This document shows, piece after piece, positions 18,380-27,388 of a stretch of DNA of 64,000 bases (the stretch's first letter is position 1; each line of letters starts with the position of its first letter). Source of the stretch: Alphaproteobacteria bacterium. Its GTDB lineage: Bacteria; Pseudomonadota; Alphaproteobacteria; Rs-D84. The notes beneath the pieces were generated by a model. It had not been told where the DNA came from, did not search any database, and saw nothing but the letters and a program-made list of their open reading frames with translations. The stretch spans positions 28,026 through 92,025 of the forward strand of contig SUUO01000003.1 of the NCBI GenBank assembly GCA_015062485.1, written 5' to 3'. A program made the position numbers and the translations under genes.

Positions 18380-18556
18380 CGCAGGAAGTACAAACAGAAT
18401 TTTTTGCAAAAAAAATTCTGTCATCCCGTGGCTTGACCACGGGACCCAGGTCATATTTCCTTTTTATTTGCTTTCACCTGGATTCCGGGGTCAAGCCCCG
18501 GAATGACAAAAACGTAAAACGTTTTTGTTAAATAAACTTTTATTTTTATAAGTATT
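18362..18556. repeat. MITE-like palindromic element (copy M1) bounded by inverted AGATAAATAAAAGTTTA motifs
   Basis: Four consecutive hairpins: CAGAATTTTTTGCAAAAAAAATTCTG, CCCGTGG cttga CCACGGG, ATTCCGGGG tcaag CCCCGGAAT, ACAAAAACG taaaa CGTTTTTGT. Near-identical to 25658..25865 in reverse orientation. Confidence 0.8.
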
Positions 18557-18625
18557 ATGTATTCATTAATTGAACTTTGCACTATGCACTTTGAACTTTA
18601 ATAAAAATCCCCCGTTGGGGGATTT

Positions 18626-18916
18626 TTAACGTTGTTTTTGGATTTTAACAGGCAATTTTTTATTCACACCCAACACCCACCGCCAGGTATCCGCGATAAT
18701 CTTGTCAAATCCACCCTTTTGCTCAAATTCTACAATCCACGATTGAACGTCTGACTGATATCTTTCAAAACTCTCATACGACTGCCAACAATTACGCAAG
18801 GTGCTGCGCTGATATCGCAACCGCTTATCATACTCGGTATACTCAACGGGGGACTTTCCATCCAACACCTTTTCACACAGAGTATAAACCGCCTTGATTG
18901 TTGCCTTGCGACGCAC
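18626..18916 (-). CDS. hypothetical Trp-rich protein, translationally coupled to prfA
   Basis: GTG start 4 nt after the prfA stop, with GGAG upstream. 96 aa. Terminator ATCCCCC gtt GGGGGAT follows at 18603-18628. Confidence 0.45.
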   Translation of the reverse strand: MRRKATIKAVYTLCEKVLDGKSPVEYTEYDKRLRYQRSTLRNCWQSYESFERYQSDVQSWIVEFEQKGGFDKIIADTWRWVLGVNKKLPVKIQKQR

Positions 18917-18920
18917 AAGC

Positions 18921-19985
18921 CTACTCCATATTTGCCAGTTGCTCTAACTGATCCGCCGCAATCAGCGCATCAATCATTTCATCCAATCCGACGCCACCCG
19001 CCAAGATATCATCCAACTTGTACAGGGTTAATTTAATACGATGATCGGTCACACGCTGTTCTGGGAAATTGTATGTACGAATCTTTTCGCTGCGGTCGCC
19101 CGAACCAACCATTGTTTTACGCGATGCGTTGCTGGCCGATTCCTGTTCCATACGCTGTTTTTCATACAGTTTTGAACGCAACACAGACATCGCGGAAATC
19201 TTGTTTTGCAATTGACTGCGTTCATTCTGGCACGTGACAACAATCCCCGTCGGAAAGTGCGTAATACGAATCGCACTGTCGGTTTTGTTAACGTGCTGGC
19301 CACCGGCACCGGACGCACGGAAAATATCGATACGGATATCTTTGTCTTCGATAACGACGTCTATGTCTTTGGCCTCGGGCATAACGGCGACGGATGCGGC
19401 ACTGGTATGAATGCGGCCGCCGGCCTCGGTCTCGGGCACACGCTGAACACGGTGAATTCCCGATTCAAATTTCATACGACCATACGCCCCCGCCCCATCG
19501 ATTTTAAAGACAATTTCTTTGTACCCGCGCAGAGATGTCGCATTTTCTTCGATAACCTCGACTTTCCAGCCCTGGCGCAGGGCGTATGATTTATATTGAT
19601 TATATAAATCCCCCGCAAACAATGCAGATTCTTCGCCACCGACGCCCGCACGAATTTCCATAATCACACTGTTGTCATCAGCATCGTCACGTGGCAACAA
19701 TGCAATTTGCAGACTTTTTTCAATATCCGGCAATTTGTGATTTAATTCATGCAGTTGATCGTTTGCGATTTCACGCAATTCTGGATCATTTAGCATTTCT
19801 TGGGCATCACTAATCCCCGCCACCGTTTGAAAATATTCCGTAATTAACGGCAAAATTTCATTCAGGCGCGAATATTCCTTGGACAGTTTTGTTAATTCAT
19901 CACCAGACGCCGACCCCGAATTCATTTGCGCTTCGATATCTGCGGCACGCGTTTGAATATCGCGTAATTTTTGTTCAATAATCAT
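18921..19985 (-). CDS. prfA: peptide chain release factor 1
   Basis: GGQ motif (SGAGGQHVNKT) and a PxT-type tripeptide (VPETE). 354 aa, no frameshift. Confidence 0.93.
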   Translation of the reverse strand: MIIEQKLRDIQTRAADIEAQMNSGSASGDELTKLSKEYSRLNEILPLITEYFQTVAGISDAQEMLNDPELREIANDQLHELNHKLPDIEKSLQIALLPRDDADDNSVIMEIRAGVGGEESALFAGDLYNQYKSYALRQGWKVEVIEENATSLRGYKEIVFKIDGAGAYGRMKFESGIHRVQRVPETEAGGRIHTSAASVAVMPEAKDIDVVIEDKDIRIDIFRASGAGGQHVNKTDSAIRITHFPTGIVVTCQNERSQLQNKISAMSVLRSKLYEKQRMEQESASNASRKTMVGSGDRSEKIRTYNFPEQRVTDHRIKLTLYKLDDILAGGVGLDEMIDALIAADQLEQLANME

Positions 19986-19990
19986 TTTTA

Positions 19991-21292
19991 TTACGCCCCC
20001 AACACCGTCTTTATCGCATCCGCAACCGACAATAATTGTTGCTCACCGGTTATCATATTTTTCAATGCAACAACTTGATTCTCTTTTTCAGATTCGCCAA
20101 TTATCGCACTGAATTTAGTTTTAATTTTATCAGCATACTCGATTTGATTTTTAAACTTCTTTTCCGCATCCAGATATGCCACCGCCGGTATTTTTGCATC
20201 GCGCAACGCGTTTAAAACAGACACAGCGTACGATAAATTTTCATTCCCCATACACAGCACCGCCACATCCACCGGCGATTCAAATTGCGTCAAATCAATC
20301 GCCCCAGATTCCATCAGCGCAACAAAGATACGCGAAAAACCAATGGCCGCACCGACACCAATAATCTTGGTTTTGCTGAACTTTCCGGCCAAATCCGCAT
20401 AACGACCACCACCGGCCGCCGTTCCCAATTCTGGATGATTTAATAACTTAAATTCAAATACCAAACCGGTATAATATGCCAAACCACGTGTAATCGACAA
20501 ATCAATTTCGGCATTTTTTACCCCGAACAATTCCAGCGTTTTCATAAATTCATTCAATTCTGAAACCGCCGCATCCAACTTGTCAGACTTGTTCAAGAAA
20601 TCAAAATAACCATTTGTAAACACTGATTTGATTTGATTTTCTTTATTTTCATTATTTAACGTATCACGCAACCCTTCGGCAAAGTCTGCGTCGCCCATTT
20701 TATCTTTTTTATCGATTAAAACGAACACATCTTTCTTTTGATTGTCATTCATTTCCAGATAATCAAACAACGCATCCCAGAACGGACGCGAGCCGACACG
20801 AACCGCATTTTCACCGATAAATTCGGATACTGAATTTAACGTACGTTGAATCACAGAAATAATTTCCGCATCATAATTCGTAGACAACGAATTTACGCCC
20901 ATTATATCCATATCCATCTGATAAAATTCGCGATACCGACCACGCTGTGCGCGTTCACCACGATAACGCTTGGAAAACTGACTGGCCCGGAATGGGAACG
21001 TCAAATCGTTCAGGTGCCCCGCCACATATCGCGACAGCCCCACCGTCCCATCATAACGCAGGCCCATTTTTGTATCGCCCTTTTGAAACAAGAACATCTG
21101 GGTTTCAATTTCATCCCAGTTATCTTTGTCCGTCAACACCTCGGCCCGTTCAATGGCCGGCAAATCCAGCATATTAAACCCAGACGTCTTTAACACATCC
21201 AGCATACGCGCCGCGCAAAAATCAAAGCAACGCTGTTGCGCCGGTAATAATTCTATAAAACCTGATAACGGTTTTGTTGGTTTAAGATCCAT
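19991..21292 (-). CDS. hisS: histidine--tRNA ligase
   Basis: Class II motifs (RYRGERAQRGRYREFYQMD; GGGRYADL) plus a C-terminal anticodon-binding domain. Confidence 0.88.
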   Translation of the reverse strand: MDLKPTKPLSGFIELLPAQQRCFDFCAARMLDVLKTSGFNMLDLPAIERAEVLTDKDNWDEIETQMFLFQKGDTKMGLRYDGTVGLSRYVAGHLNDLTFPFRASQFSKRYRGERAQRGRYREFYQMDMDIMGVNSLSTNYDAEIISVIQRTLNSVSEFIGENAVRVGSRPFWDALFDYLEMNDNQKKDVFVLIDKKDKMGDADFAEGLRDTLNNENKENQIKSVFTNGYFDFLNKSDKLDAAVSELNEFMKTLELFGVKNAEIDLSITRGLAYYTGLVFEFKLLNHPELGTAAGGGRYADLAGKFSKTKIIGVGAAIGFSRIFVALMESGAIDLTQFESPVDVAVLCMGNENLSYAVSVLNALRDAKIPAVAYLDAEKKFKNQIEYADKIKTKFSAIIGESEKENQVVALKNMITGEQQLLSVADAIKTVLGA

Positions 21293-21644
21293 TTTTTATT
21301 CCCTATTGTTTTTAATGGAAAAACTTAATGCACAATGTGCACACATTATATCATATAAAAATGCAATATGCTAATATTCGCCCGCGCGGGCGTGATGAAA
21401 AACAGAAAAGATAAACTTATTTTCTTTCATATCACTTTAATTTTAGGACAAATTTTATAATTTTCAAGTAAAAACCGATAAAAAAAGGCGGGACACACGC
21501 CCCGCAACAAACATCCAAATGACGAAAGAAAAGAATTCCTTGCCTTGAACATCCGAACAATTCATCACAGATTTGTGTGTCCCATCAAGATATTTATATT
21601 ATGACACATCGCACTATCCCCCCGCCACAGGTACGTTTTCACAT

Positions 21645-22352
21645 TCAAAACCACTTGTGCAATTCGCCACCATTTTGGGTCAGCCACCGTTTCGCGCGCT
21701 CTACCCCAAATCCATATAATTCACGCACCGTCGCCCAAAATTCCGCCGAATGGTCCATATGTTTTGTATGTGCTAATTCGTGCATCACCACATATCGCAT
21801 AACCGCCAAGGGCGCAAACGCCAATCGCCACGAAAAAGACATTGTGCCCGTTGTTGAACAACTGCCCCAGCGGGTTGTTGTATCACGCACCGCAATCCGC
21901 GCAGGCCAAAATTCACGTGGGGTTGTTCGTATTATTTCCTTTACACGCTTTAAAAATTCAGATTTTATAAAATCACGCACCCGTCGTTCAAACATATCTG
22001 CCCCACCCCCAACAATCAACGTATATGTACCATTATTATTTTGAACAAACGCATTTGACCGACGCGACGTATCGCGAACCAACGCAACACGCAGGTCAAA
22101 AATTAAAATCTCGTCCCCCGGGCCCAAGGCGCATTTTTGCGGACACGTTGCATAAATATTTTCAACCCATTTTCGTTTAGATTCCAAAAAACGCAGCGCC
22201 GCCGAATTTGATGCCAGCCACGGTCGCGACATATGAATTTCACGCACCGGACGTGTTTTTGGCCGCAGGGTAATATTGCGCGCACCACGACGCGTTTGAA
22301 TAATTACTGGGATTTTTTCACCGTTTGATAAAACAAATTCAAATTCGGCCAT
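21645..22352 (-). CDS. YgjP-like (DUF45/M48-type) metal-dependent hydrolase
   Basis: HEXXH motif in VVMHELAHTKHMDHSAEFW. Confidence 0.8.
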   Translation of the reverse strand: MAEFEFVLSNGEKIPVIIQTRRGARNITLRPKTRPVREIHMSRPWLASNSAALRFLESKRKWVENIYATCPQKCALGPGDEILIFDLRVALVRDTSRRSNAFVQNNNGTYTLIVGGGADMFERRVRDFIKSEFLKRVKEIIRTTPREFWPARIAVRDTTTRWGSCSTTGTMSFSWRLAFAPLAVMRYVVMHELAHTKHMDHSAEFWATVRELYGFGVERAKRWLTQNGGELHKWF

Positions 22353-22354
22353 TT

Positions 22355-24136
22355 TTATTTAATTTTCTTTTTTAAATCATTTGCGATTTTATCCGCATCA
22401 AAACCAAAGTGTTTGTAAACTTCATCCCCCGCCCCAGACATACCAAATTCATCTATTCCAACAACCGCATCGGCAAATTCAAACCACGGCGCGGTGGCGC
22501 CCGCCTCTATCACCACAACAAAGCCACGCAATATTTCATTTTTATATTCATCACTTTGGCGCTTGAAATATTCAACCGATGGCATAGACACAACCTGAAT
22601 CCCGGCGCCTAGTTTTTCTGCGACCGCAATGGCCAACGGAACCTCGGCCCCGGTTGCAATAATTGTTGCACGCACACGCGCCGTTGTTGCCGGACGTATT
22701 ACATATGCCCCACGACAAATCTGGGCATCGATTGGCGTCGGAATTTGCTTAAACCGCTGTCGCGACAGGATGATTGACGACGGACTGTTATTATCACGCA
22801 ACGCCATTTGCCAACATACCGCAACCTCGTCTGCGTTACAGGGTCTAAACACATTCATATTTGGAATCAATCGCAATGATGCCAGTTGTTCAATCGGCTG
22901 ATGCGTGGGTCCATCTTCACCAACGGCAATACTGTCGTGTGTCAAAACATAAATCATCGGCAATTTTGACAATGCCGCAATACGCATCGCCGGCCGCATA
23001 TAATCACTAAACACCAAGAACGTTGACGCATACGCACGCAGTCCAACCGATACAACACCATTCATAATCGCCGCCATTGCGTGTTCGCGCACACCAAAGT
23101 TTATATAATTGCCATTAAATTTCCCCGGCAAGATATCACGTGACGCGCCCACACGTACATTCGTACTGGCGCCCAGGTCCGCACTGCCCCCAAAAATTGG
23201 GAACCCGGCACGGATAATTTCATTCAAATAAAGTCCCGACAATTCACGCGTTGAGATAGTGTCCGATACCGCCGGCATTTTTACCGTCGACACATTCATA
23301 GACGGATTAACCATTAACATATCAACACGACGACGCGCCACATCCGACCACAGCATTTCACCCGTCGACGATATGTTTTCTTCAATTAAACGTGACAATT
23401 CATCATCCGTCAGCGCATACCCGTGCGCCCGATTAGAACCCGCCAAACTTGTCCCCAGGCCAATCTTGGTCTTGCATTGAATAAATGTTGGCCTGTCCGC
23501 ATTTTGCGCCATCGACAATGCGCGATTTATTTTTGCCAAATCATTACCCGGCACCGTTATCACATTCCAACCCGCGGCCGTCATACGCATAGACACATCA
23601 ACATCCCCCAACGCGGCACCATCAATCGACACGCCATTATCATCCCACAACAAAACCAGATTATTTAAACCATACCGCCCGGCAAAAGAAATCGATTCGT
23701 TTGCGACCCCTTCCATTAAATCACCATCAGAGCACAAACAATACACCCGCCCATCCGAATTACGCAGTTTTTCCGCCAACGCGACGCCAACCGCATTTCC
23801 AACACCCTGGCCCAGTGGTCCCGTTGTTGCATCAACACCGTCAATACCAAATTCTGGATGCCCCGGCAGGCCACCCATTTTACGAAAAGAATTTAACGAC
23901 CGAATATCATACCCACACAAATTCAAAACCGAATACAATAACGCCGATCCGTGTCCCGCCGACAAAATAAATTTATCCCGGCCGAATCGCAAATAATTTG
24001 CATAAATTACGGTTATAATATCCGCCGCCCCCATCACAATTCCAATATGTCCATTGCCGGCACATTTTAACGCATGCAAGGCCCACGCGCGAACCGCACG
24101 TGACATTTCTTTTAAATCTTTGGAATTGTACGCCAT
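22355..24136 (-). CDS. tkt: transketolase (short form, 593 aa)
   Basis: GHIG, SAGHGSALLYS and GPLGQGVGNAVG TPP-binding motifs, plus Pyr and C-terminal domains. Confidence 0.93.
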   Translation of the reverse strand: MAYNSKDLKEMSRAVRAWALHALKCAGNGHIGIVMGAADIITVIYANYLRFGRDKFILSAGHGSALLYSVLNLCGYDIRSLNSFRKMGGLPGHPEFGIDGVDATTGPLGQGVGNAVGVALAEKLRNSDGRVYCLCSDGDLMEGVANESISFAGRYGLNNLVLLWDDNGVSIDGAALGDVDVSMRMTAAGWNVITVPGNDLAKINRALSMAQNADRPTFIQCKTKIGLGTSLAGSNRAHGYALTDDELSRLIEENISSTGEMLWSDVARRRVDMLMVNPSMNVSTVKMPAVSDTISTRELSGLYLNEIIRAGFPIFGGSADLGASTNVRVGASRDILPGKFNGNYINFGVREHAMAAIMNGVVSVGLRAYASTFLVFSDYMRPAMRIAALSKLPMIYVLTHDSIAVGEDGPTHQPIEQLASLRLIPNMNVFRPCNADEVAVCWQMALRDNNSPSSIILSRQRFKQIPTPIDAQICRGAYVIRPATTARVRATIIATGAEVPLAIAVAEKLGAGIQVVSMPSVEYFKRQSDEYKNEILRGFVVVIEAGATAPWFEFADAVVGIDEFGMSGAGDEVYKHFGFDADKIANDLKKKIK

Positions 24137-24172
24137 ATGTGATATTATATCACAAAAAGGACATAGATAAAA

Positions 24173-24601
24173 ATGTTAAAAATTTGGACAGACGGATCGT
24201 GCCTGGGCAATCCGGGACCCGGCGGATGGGGATTTGTTGCAACCGACGGCAAAAACATTGCCGAACGCAGTGGCGGCGAAAAAGACACAACAAACAATCG
24301 AATGGAATTGATGGCGGTGATATGCGCCCTGACCGCGGCACGCCGACACGACGAATTGGAAATCCACACCGACAGTCAGTATGTAAAAAACGGAATATTA
24401 TCCTGGGTCAAAAATTGGAAGAAAAATAATTGGCGCACCGCCAATAAAAAACCGGTCAAGAACCAAGACCTGTGGATGAAATTGGATGAATTGGCATCGA
24501 CAAAAAAAATTCATTGGTTCTGGGTACGTGGCCACAATGGCGACGAAATGAACGAGCGTGTGGATGTACTTGCCCGCACCGCCGCCGAAAACCTGAAATA
24601 A
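24173..24601 (+). CDS. rnhA: ribonuclease HI
   Basis: TDGSCLGNPGPGGWG, NNRMEL, HTDSQYV, WVRGHNGDEMNERVD motifs. Confidence 0.95.
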   Translation: MLKIWTDGSCLGNPGPGGWGFVATDGKNIAERSGGEKDTTNNRMELMAVICALTAARRHDELEIHTDSQYVKNGILSWVKNWKKNNWRTANKKPVKNQDLWMKLDELASTKKIHWFWVRGHNGDEMNERVDVLARTAAENLK

Positions 24602-24630
24602 AATTCCCCGCCGAATGGCGGGGTTTTATT
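24600..24630. terminator. bidirectional intrinsic terminator
   Basis: CCCCGCC gaat GGCGGGG with flanking A/T runs, between rnhA and the S gene. Confidence 0.8.
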
Positions 24631-24901
24631 ATGACATTGGGCACGCATCGGTGTATTCGTATGTGCCACTGTCATCGGTATACGACATACCCGCCGGCGC
24701 ATACATTATACACGACCCCGCGGGACTGGATACCAAACACGATTCCGCCACGCCTACGGAAATTGTGCCACTGGGACAACTGGTCGCGATTGTAAGATAT
24801 TCTTCATCAATCGCGATATATCCCGCGGGACACGACGTTGACGGCGCGGCGGCACGCGCCACCATTGGCACAAAACAAAATAAAAACATCAATCGTTTCA
24901 T
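24629..24901 (-). CDS. secreted Cys-rich S-family protein
   Basis: RBS AAGGAGG overlapping the L-gene stop. AAAPSTSCPAGYIAI ... CIMYAPAGMSYTDDSGTYEYTDAC. 5 Cys in the mature part. Confidence 0.9.
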   Translation of the reverse strand: MKRLMFLFCFVPMVARAAAPSTSCPAGYIAIDEEYLTIATSCPSGTISVGVAESCLVSSPAGSCIMYAPAGMSYTDDSGTYEYTDACPMS

Positions 24902-24911
24902 TTGTGCCTCC

Positions 24912-25358
24912 TTAATCAGATAAATTCGTAAAAAAAGCGGTTCTGTATGCTTGATAGCTAGAATGAATCAAAGAATCATAACAATAAGACGCGCAAGTTC
25001 GCAGGCAAGAATCACGTGTAAGATCGTCGTCTGCTAACACCCATTTAGATACGGCTGGACTTACCATTTTGCACCAGCAATAATCATTAGAATATGAAGC
25101 ATCACTTGCAGCAGTATAAACAATAGTATCTTTTTGATCTTGAGTTTTGCCTAATGTATCTGCACACACTGCTATAAATTGAACAGGAATCTCTTCATTG
25201 TTAGTGCCATAACATGTTGCGGTTAAAGAAGAAGCATAATCAGCTGGTTCTGTTCCCGTACATGTTTTTGTTGCATCCAATGCCACACATTTTTGTACCG
25301 CCAACGCGGGTGCGGCAAGTAATGCACCAACCGCGGTTAATGTTAAAAGTTTTTTCAT
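24912..25358 (-). CDS. secreted Cys-rich L-family protein
   Basis: ATG 25358 with RBS AAGGAGA. MKKLLTLTAVGALLAAPALA signal peptide. DYCWCKMVSPAVSKWVL ... DSCLRTCASYC. 9 Cys. Confidence 0.9.
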   Translation of the reverse strand: MKKLLTLTAVGALLAAPALAVQKCVALDATKTCTGTEPADYASSLTATCYGTNNEEIPVQFIAVCADTLGKTQDQKDTIVYTAASDASYSNDYCWCKMVSPAVSKWVLADDDLTRDSCLRTCASYCYDSLIHSSYQAYRTAFFTNLSD

Positions 25359-25674
25359 TTTCAATCTCCTTTCTTTTGTTTTATTCGCGAAAAAACAAAA
25401 ACCACACGTTTTTCACGAGTGGTCAGGAGGTTGGAAACAATCAATACGAATTGTGCTGCTTATTCAATATATTCACAGCCCCCCTGACACTAAATGCTCA
25501 GGAGATATTTGTCATTTGGTTTTCACACGAAAAAACACGCCATCGGCGCGTCGGATTTCGTTTCCAAACGCGTATTGCACGGGTTTCCACACCCCATTAT
25601 GACCATCGATCATAACAAACAAATTATAACCAAATATTTCATCCAACGCAACGACGAAGATAAATAAAAGTTTA
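25359..25674 (-). promoter_or_regulatory. leader module copy 4
   Basis: Read on - strand: -35 TTGCGT (25646-25651), 17-nt spacer, -10 TATAAT (25623-25628). A/T motif 25658-25674. Key 7-mers 25432-25438 (tGGAAac) and 25583-25589 (gtTTCCa). Confidence 0.8.
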
Positions 25675-25865
25675 GTGGGGTAATCAGTTTACAAAAACGT
25701 TTAACGTTTTTGTCATTCCGGGGCTTGACCCCGGAATCTAGGTGAAAGCAAATAAAAAAAGAAATATGACCTGGGTCCCGTGGTCAAGCCACGGGATGAC
25801 AGAATTTTTTTGCAAAAAATTCTGTTCGTACTTCCTGCGATAAACTTTTATTTATATAAGTAATT
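25658..25865. repeat. MITE-like palindromic element (copy M2), inverted relative to M1
   Basis: Same four hairpins as 18362..18556 in reverse order. Bounded by AGATAAATAAAAGTTTA (25658-25674) and its inverted copy ATAAACTTTTATTTATATAAGTAATT (25840-25865). Confidence 0.8.
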
Positions 25866-25906
25866 ATGTATTCCTCCACTTACCACTAACCACTTACACT
25901 AATCAC

Positions 25907-25936
25907 TAAAAAATCCCGCCGAATGGCGGGATTTTT
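25907..25936 (-). terminator. intrinsic terminator after rlmE
   Basis: A6-TCCCGCC gaa TGGCGGGA-T6. Confidence 0.85.
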
Positions 25937-26595
25937 TATCCACGGAACCCCAGTGCAACAATAAACATTTCCACACTGTCCTTGCGTGACGATGGTGGTT
26001 TGATATGATGCACAGATTCAAATTTTTCTTTGATTTGTTTTAATAAGTCATTTGTTGTTCCACCGGTAAAGGACTTGCACACAAACGTGCCACCCGGCTT
26101 TAATGCACGTAACGCAAAATCAAACGCATATTCCAATAAAACCATCTGACGAATATGATCCGTCTTTTTATGTCCAACCGTATTCGGCGCCATATCAGAT
26201 ACAATAACATCAGCCGTACCATTACCGGTTTCATCGGGCGACAAGCCCAACTTTTCTTCCAGCCAGCGCAATGCCGCATCAGATGTAAAATCGCCCTGAT
26301 ATGTTTCCACACCAACGATTGGCGATATTTCCAACAAATCCATCGCAAAAACTTTCGATTTCGGATACGTACGCGCAATGTATTGCGACCAGGAACCCGG
26401 TGCCGCACCCAAATCAACAACAACCTGGCCATTGCGCAAGAATTTAAACTTCTCGTTCATTTCAATCAGTTTATATGCCGCACGTGCGCGATAGCCATCC
26501 TTTTGTGCACGTGCAACATATGGATCCGCCGCCTGGCGTTGCAGCCACGCGACCGATGATTTCTTTGCCGCAATTTTCTTATTTGTTATTTTCAT
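25936..26595 (-). CDS. rlmE: 23S rRNA (uridine2552-2'-O)-methyltransferase RlmE/FtsJ
   Basis: WLQRQAADPYV, VVDLGAAPGSWSQ, VSDMAPN motifs. TAATG overlap with the upstream gene. Confidence 0.92.
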   Translation of the reverse strand: MKITNKKIAAKKSSVAWLQRQAADPYVARAQKDGYRARAAYKLIEMNEKFKFLRNGQVVVDLGAAPGSWSQYIARTYPKSKVFAMDLLEISPIVGVETYQGDFTSDAALRWLEEKLGLSPDETGNGTADVIVSDMAPNTVGHKKTDHIRQMVLLEYAFDFALRALKPGGTFVCKSFTGGTTNDLLKQIKEKFESVHHIKPPSSRKDSVEMFIVALGFRG

Positions 26596-27113
26596 TATCG
26601 TGTACGATTCTGCTCTTTGATACGACGTTTGTGCGCATTGTATGCCTCCATAGCAGCCGCCTGGGGACTTACATATGTTGTATACATACGATCATCATCA
26701 GTGCTATAAAATTCGGTATCTTTTCCGTGATGCTTATAGGTCACAACAACATTATACCCGATAACACGCCCGTTTTCTATGACCGCGCGCGGGGATTCAA
26801 CGGATGTCACATCCCAATTAAAAATATGCCGCCAATCTGTTTTCAGTCTCTGCGCCCTTATTCTTTCCAACTCTTGTTGTTTTCCCATTTTACGCAGATG
26901 TTCCTTGTACGATGCCTGGGCCGCATCTTTTGGACCAGCCCACACCTTGTACAAACGCGGTTCATCCAAGCTATAAAACTCCACATCTTGACCGTGATAC
27001 TTATATTCCACGACAACCCGATATCCAACGGTCTTGCCATCTTGCACAACTGCCTCTGGGGCTTTAAGTGCAACGACGTCCCAGTCCAAGATATGCTTCC
27101 AATCTATTTTCAT
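26595..27113 (-). CDS. hypothetical protein with two tandem copies of an unknown ~85-aa domain
   Basis: Internal repeat DW(K/R)HI..WDV....P.AV...G..(V/I)GY.VVV.YK.HG.D.EFYS.D. ATG 27113 is 1 nt after the upstream stop. Confidence 0.7.
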   Translation of the reverse strand: MKIDWKHILDWDVVALKAPEAVVQDGKTVGYRVVVEYKYHGQDVEFYSLDEPRLYKVWAGPKDAAQASYKEHLRKMGKQQELERIRAQRLKTDWRHIFNWDVTSVESPRAVIENGRVIGYNVVVTYKHHGKDTEFYSTDDDRMYTTYVSPQAAAMEAYNAHKRRIKEQNRTR

Positions 27114-27114
27114 A

Positions 27115-27387
27115 CTATCTGCCTTTAATTTTTTGTTGTTTTTCACGATAGAAGTCGAACGCCATTTTTCGTGCCTTGGCACGCGTAATCATACATAACT
27201 TCTCTTCATCATCTGCGAACAGGTATTTCCGTTCACCGTGATATTTATAGTTTACCGTAACCTCGTATCCCAAAAGAACGTGCCCCTTATCACGATAATC
27301 ACGATAAACCTCGACCGGTGCAGACACAGCAACCGGTGTCCAGTCAAACCAAGTTTTTACATCATTTACAATACCACGTAAACTCAT
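27115..27387 (-). CDS. hypothetical protein, single copy of the same ~85-aa domain
   Basis: WFDWTPVAVSAPVEVY...LLGYEVTVNYKYHGERKYLFADD aligns with the repeats of 26595..27113. Confidence 0.65.
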   Translation of the reverse strand: MSLRGIVNDVKTWFDWTPVAVSAPVEVYRDYRDKGHVLLGYEVTVNYKYHGERKYLFADDEEKLCMITRAKARKMAFDFYREKQQKIKGR

Positions 27388-27388
27388 T

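Noticed and set aside
19991-21292. HisZ (ATP-PRT regulatory subunit) instead of HisRS.
   Set aside because: Class II motif 2/3 residues and a C-terminal anticodon-binding-like domain are present. The gene sits in a translation-factor context next to prfA, so hisS is favoured.
25214-25615. ORFs in the track that run through the leader modules (4273..4467, 4431..4613, 12026..12385, 12213..12407, 17919..18371, 25214..25615, 45647..45889, 49000..49212).
   Set aside because: They lie in conserved non-coding leaders, occur in different frames and strands between copies, lack RBSs, and have odd composition. The conservation is at nucleotide/structure level, not in protein sequence.
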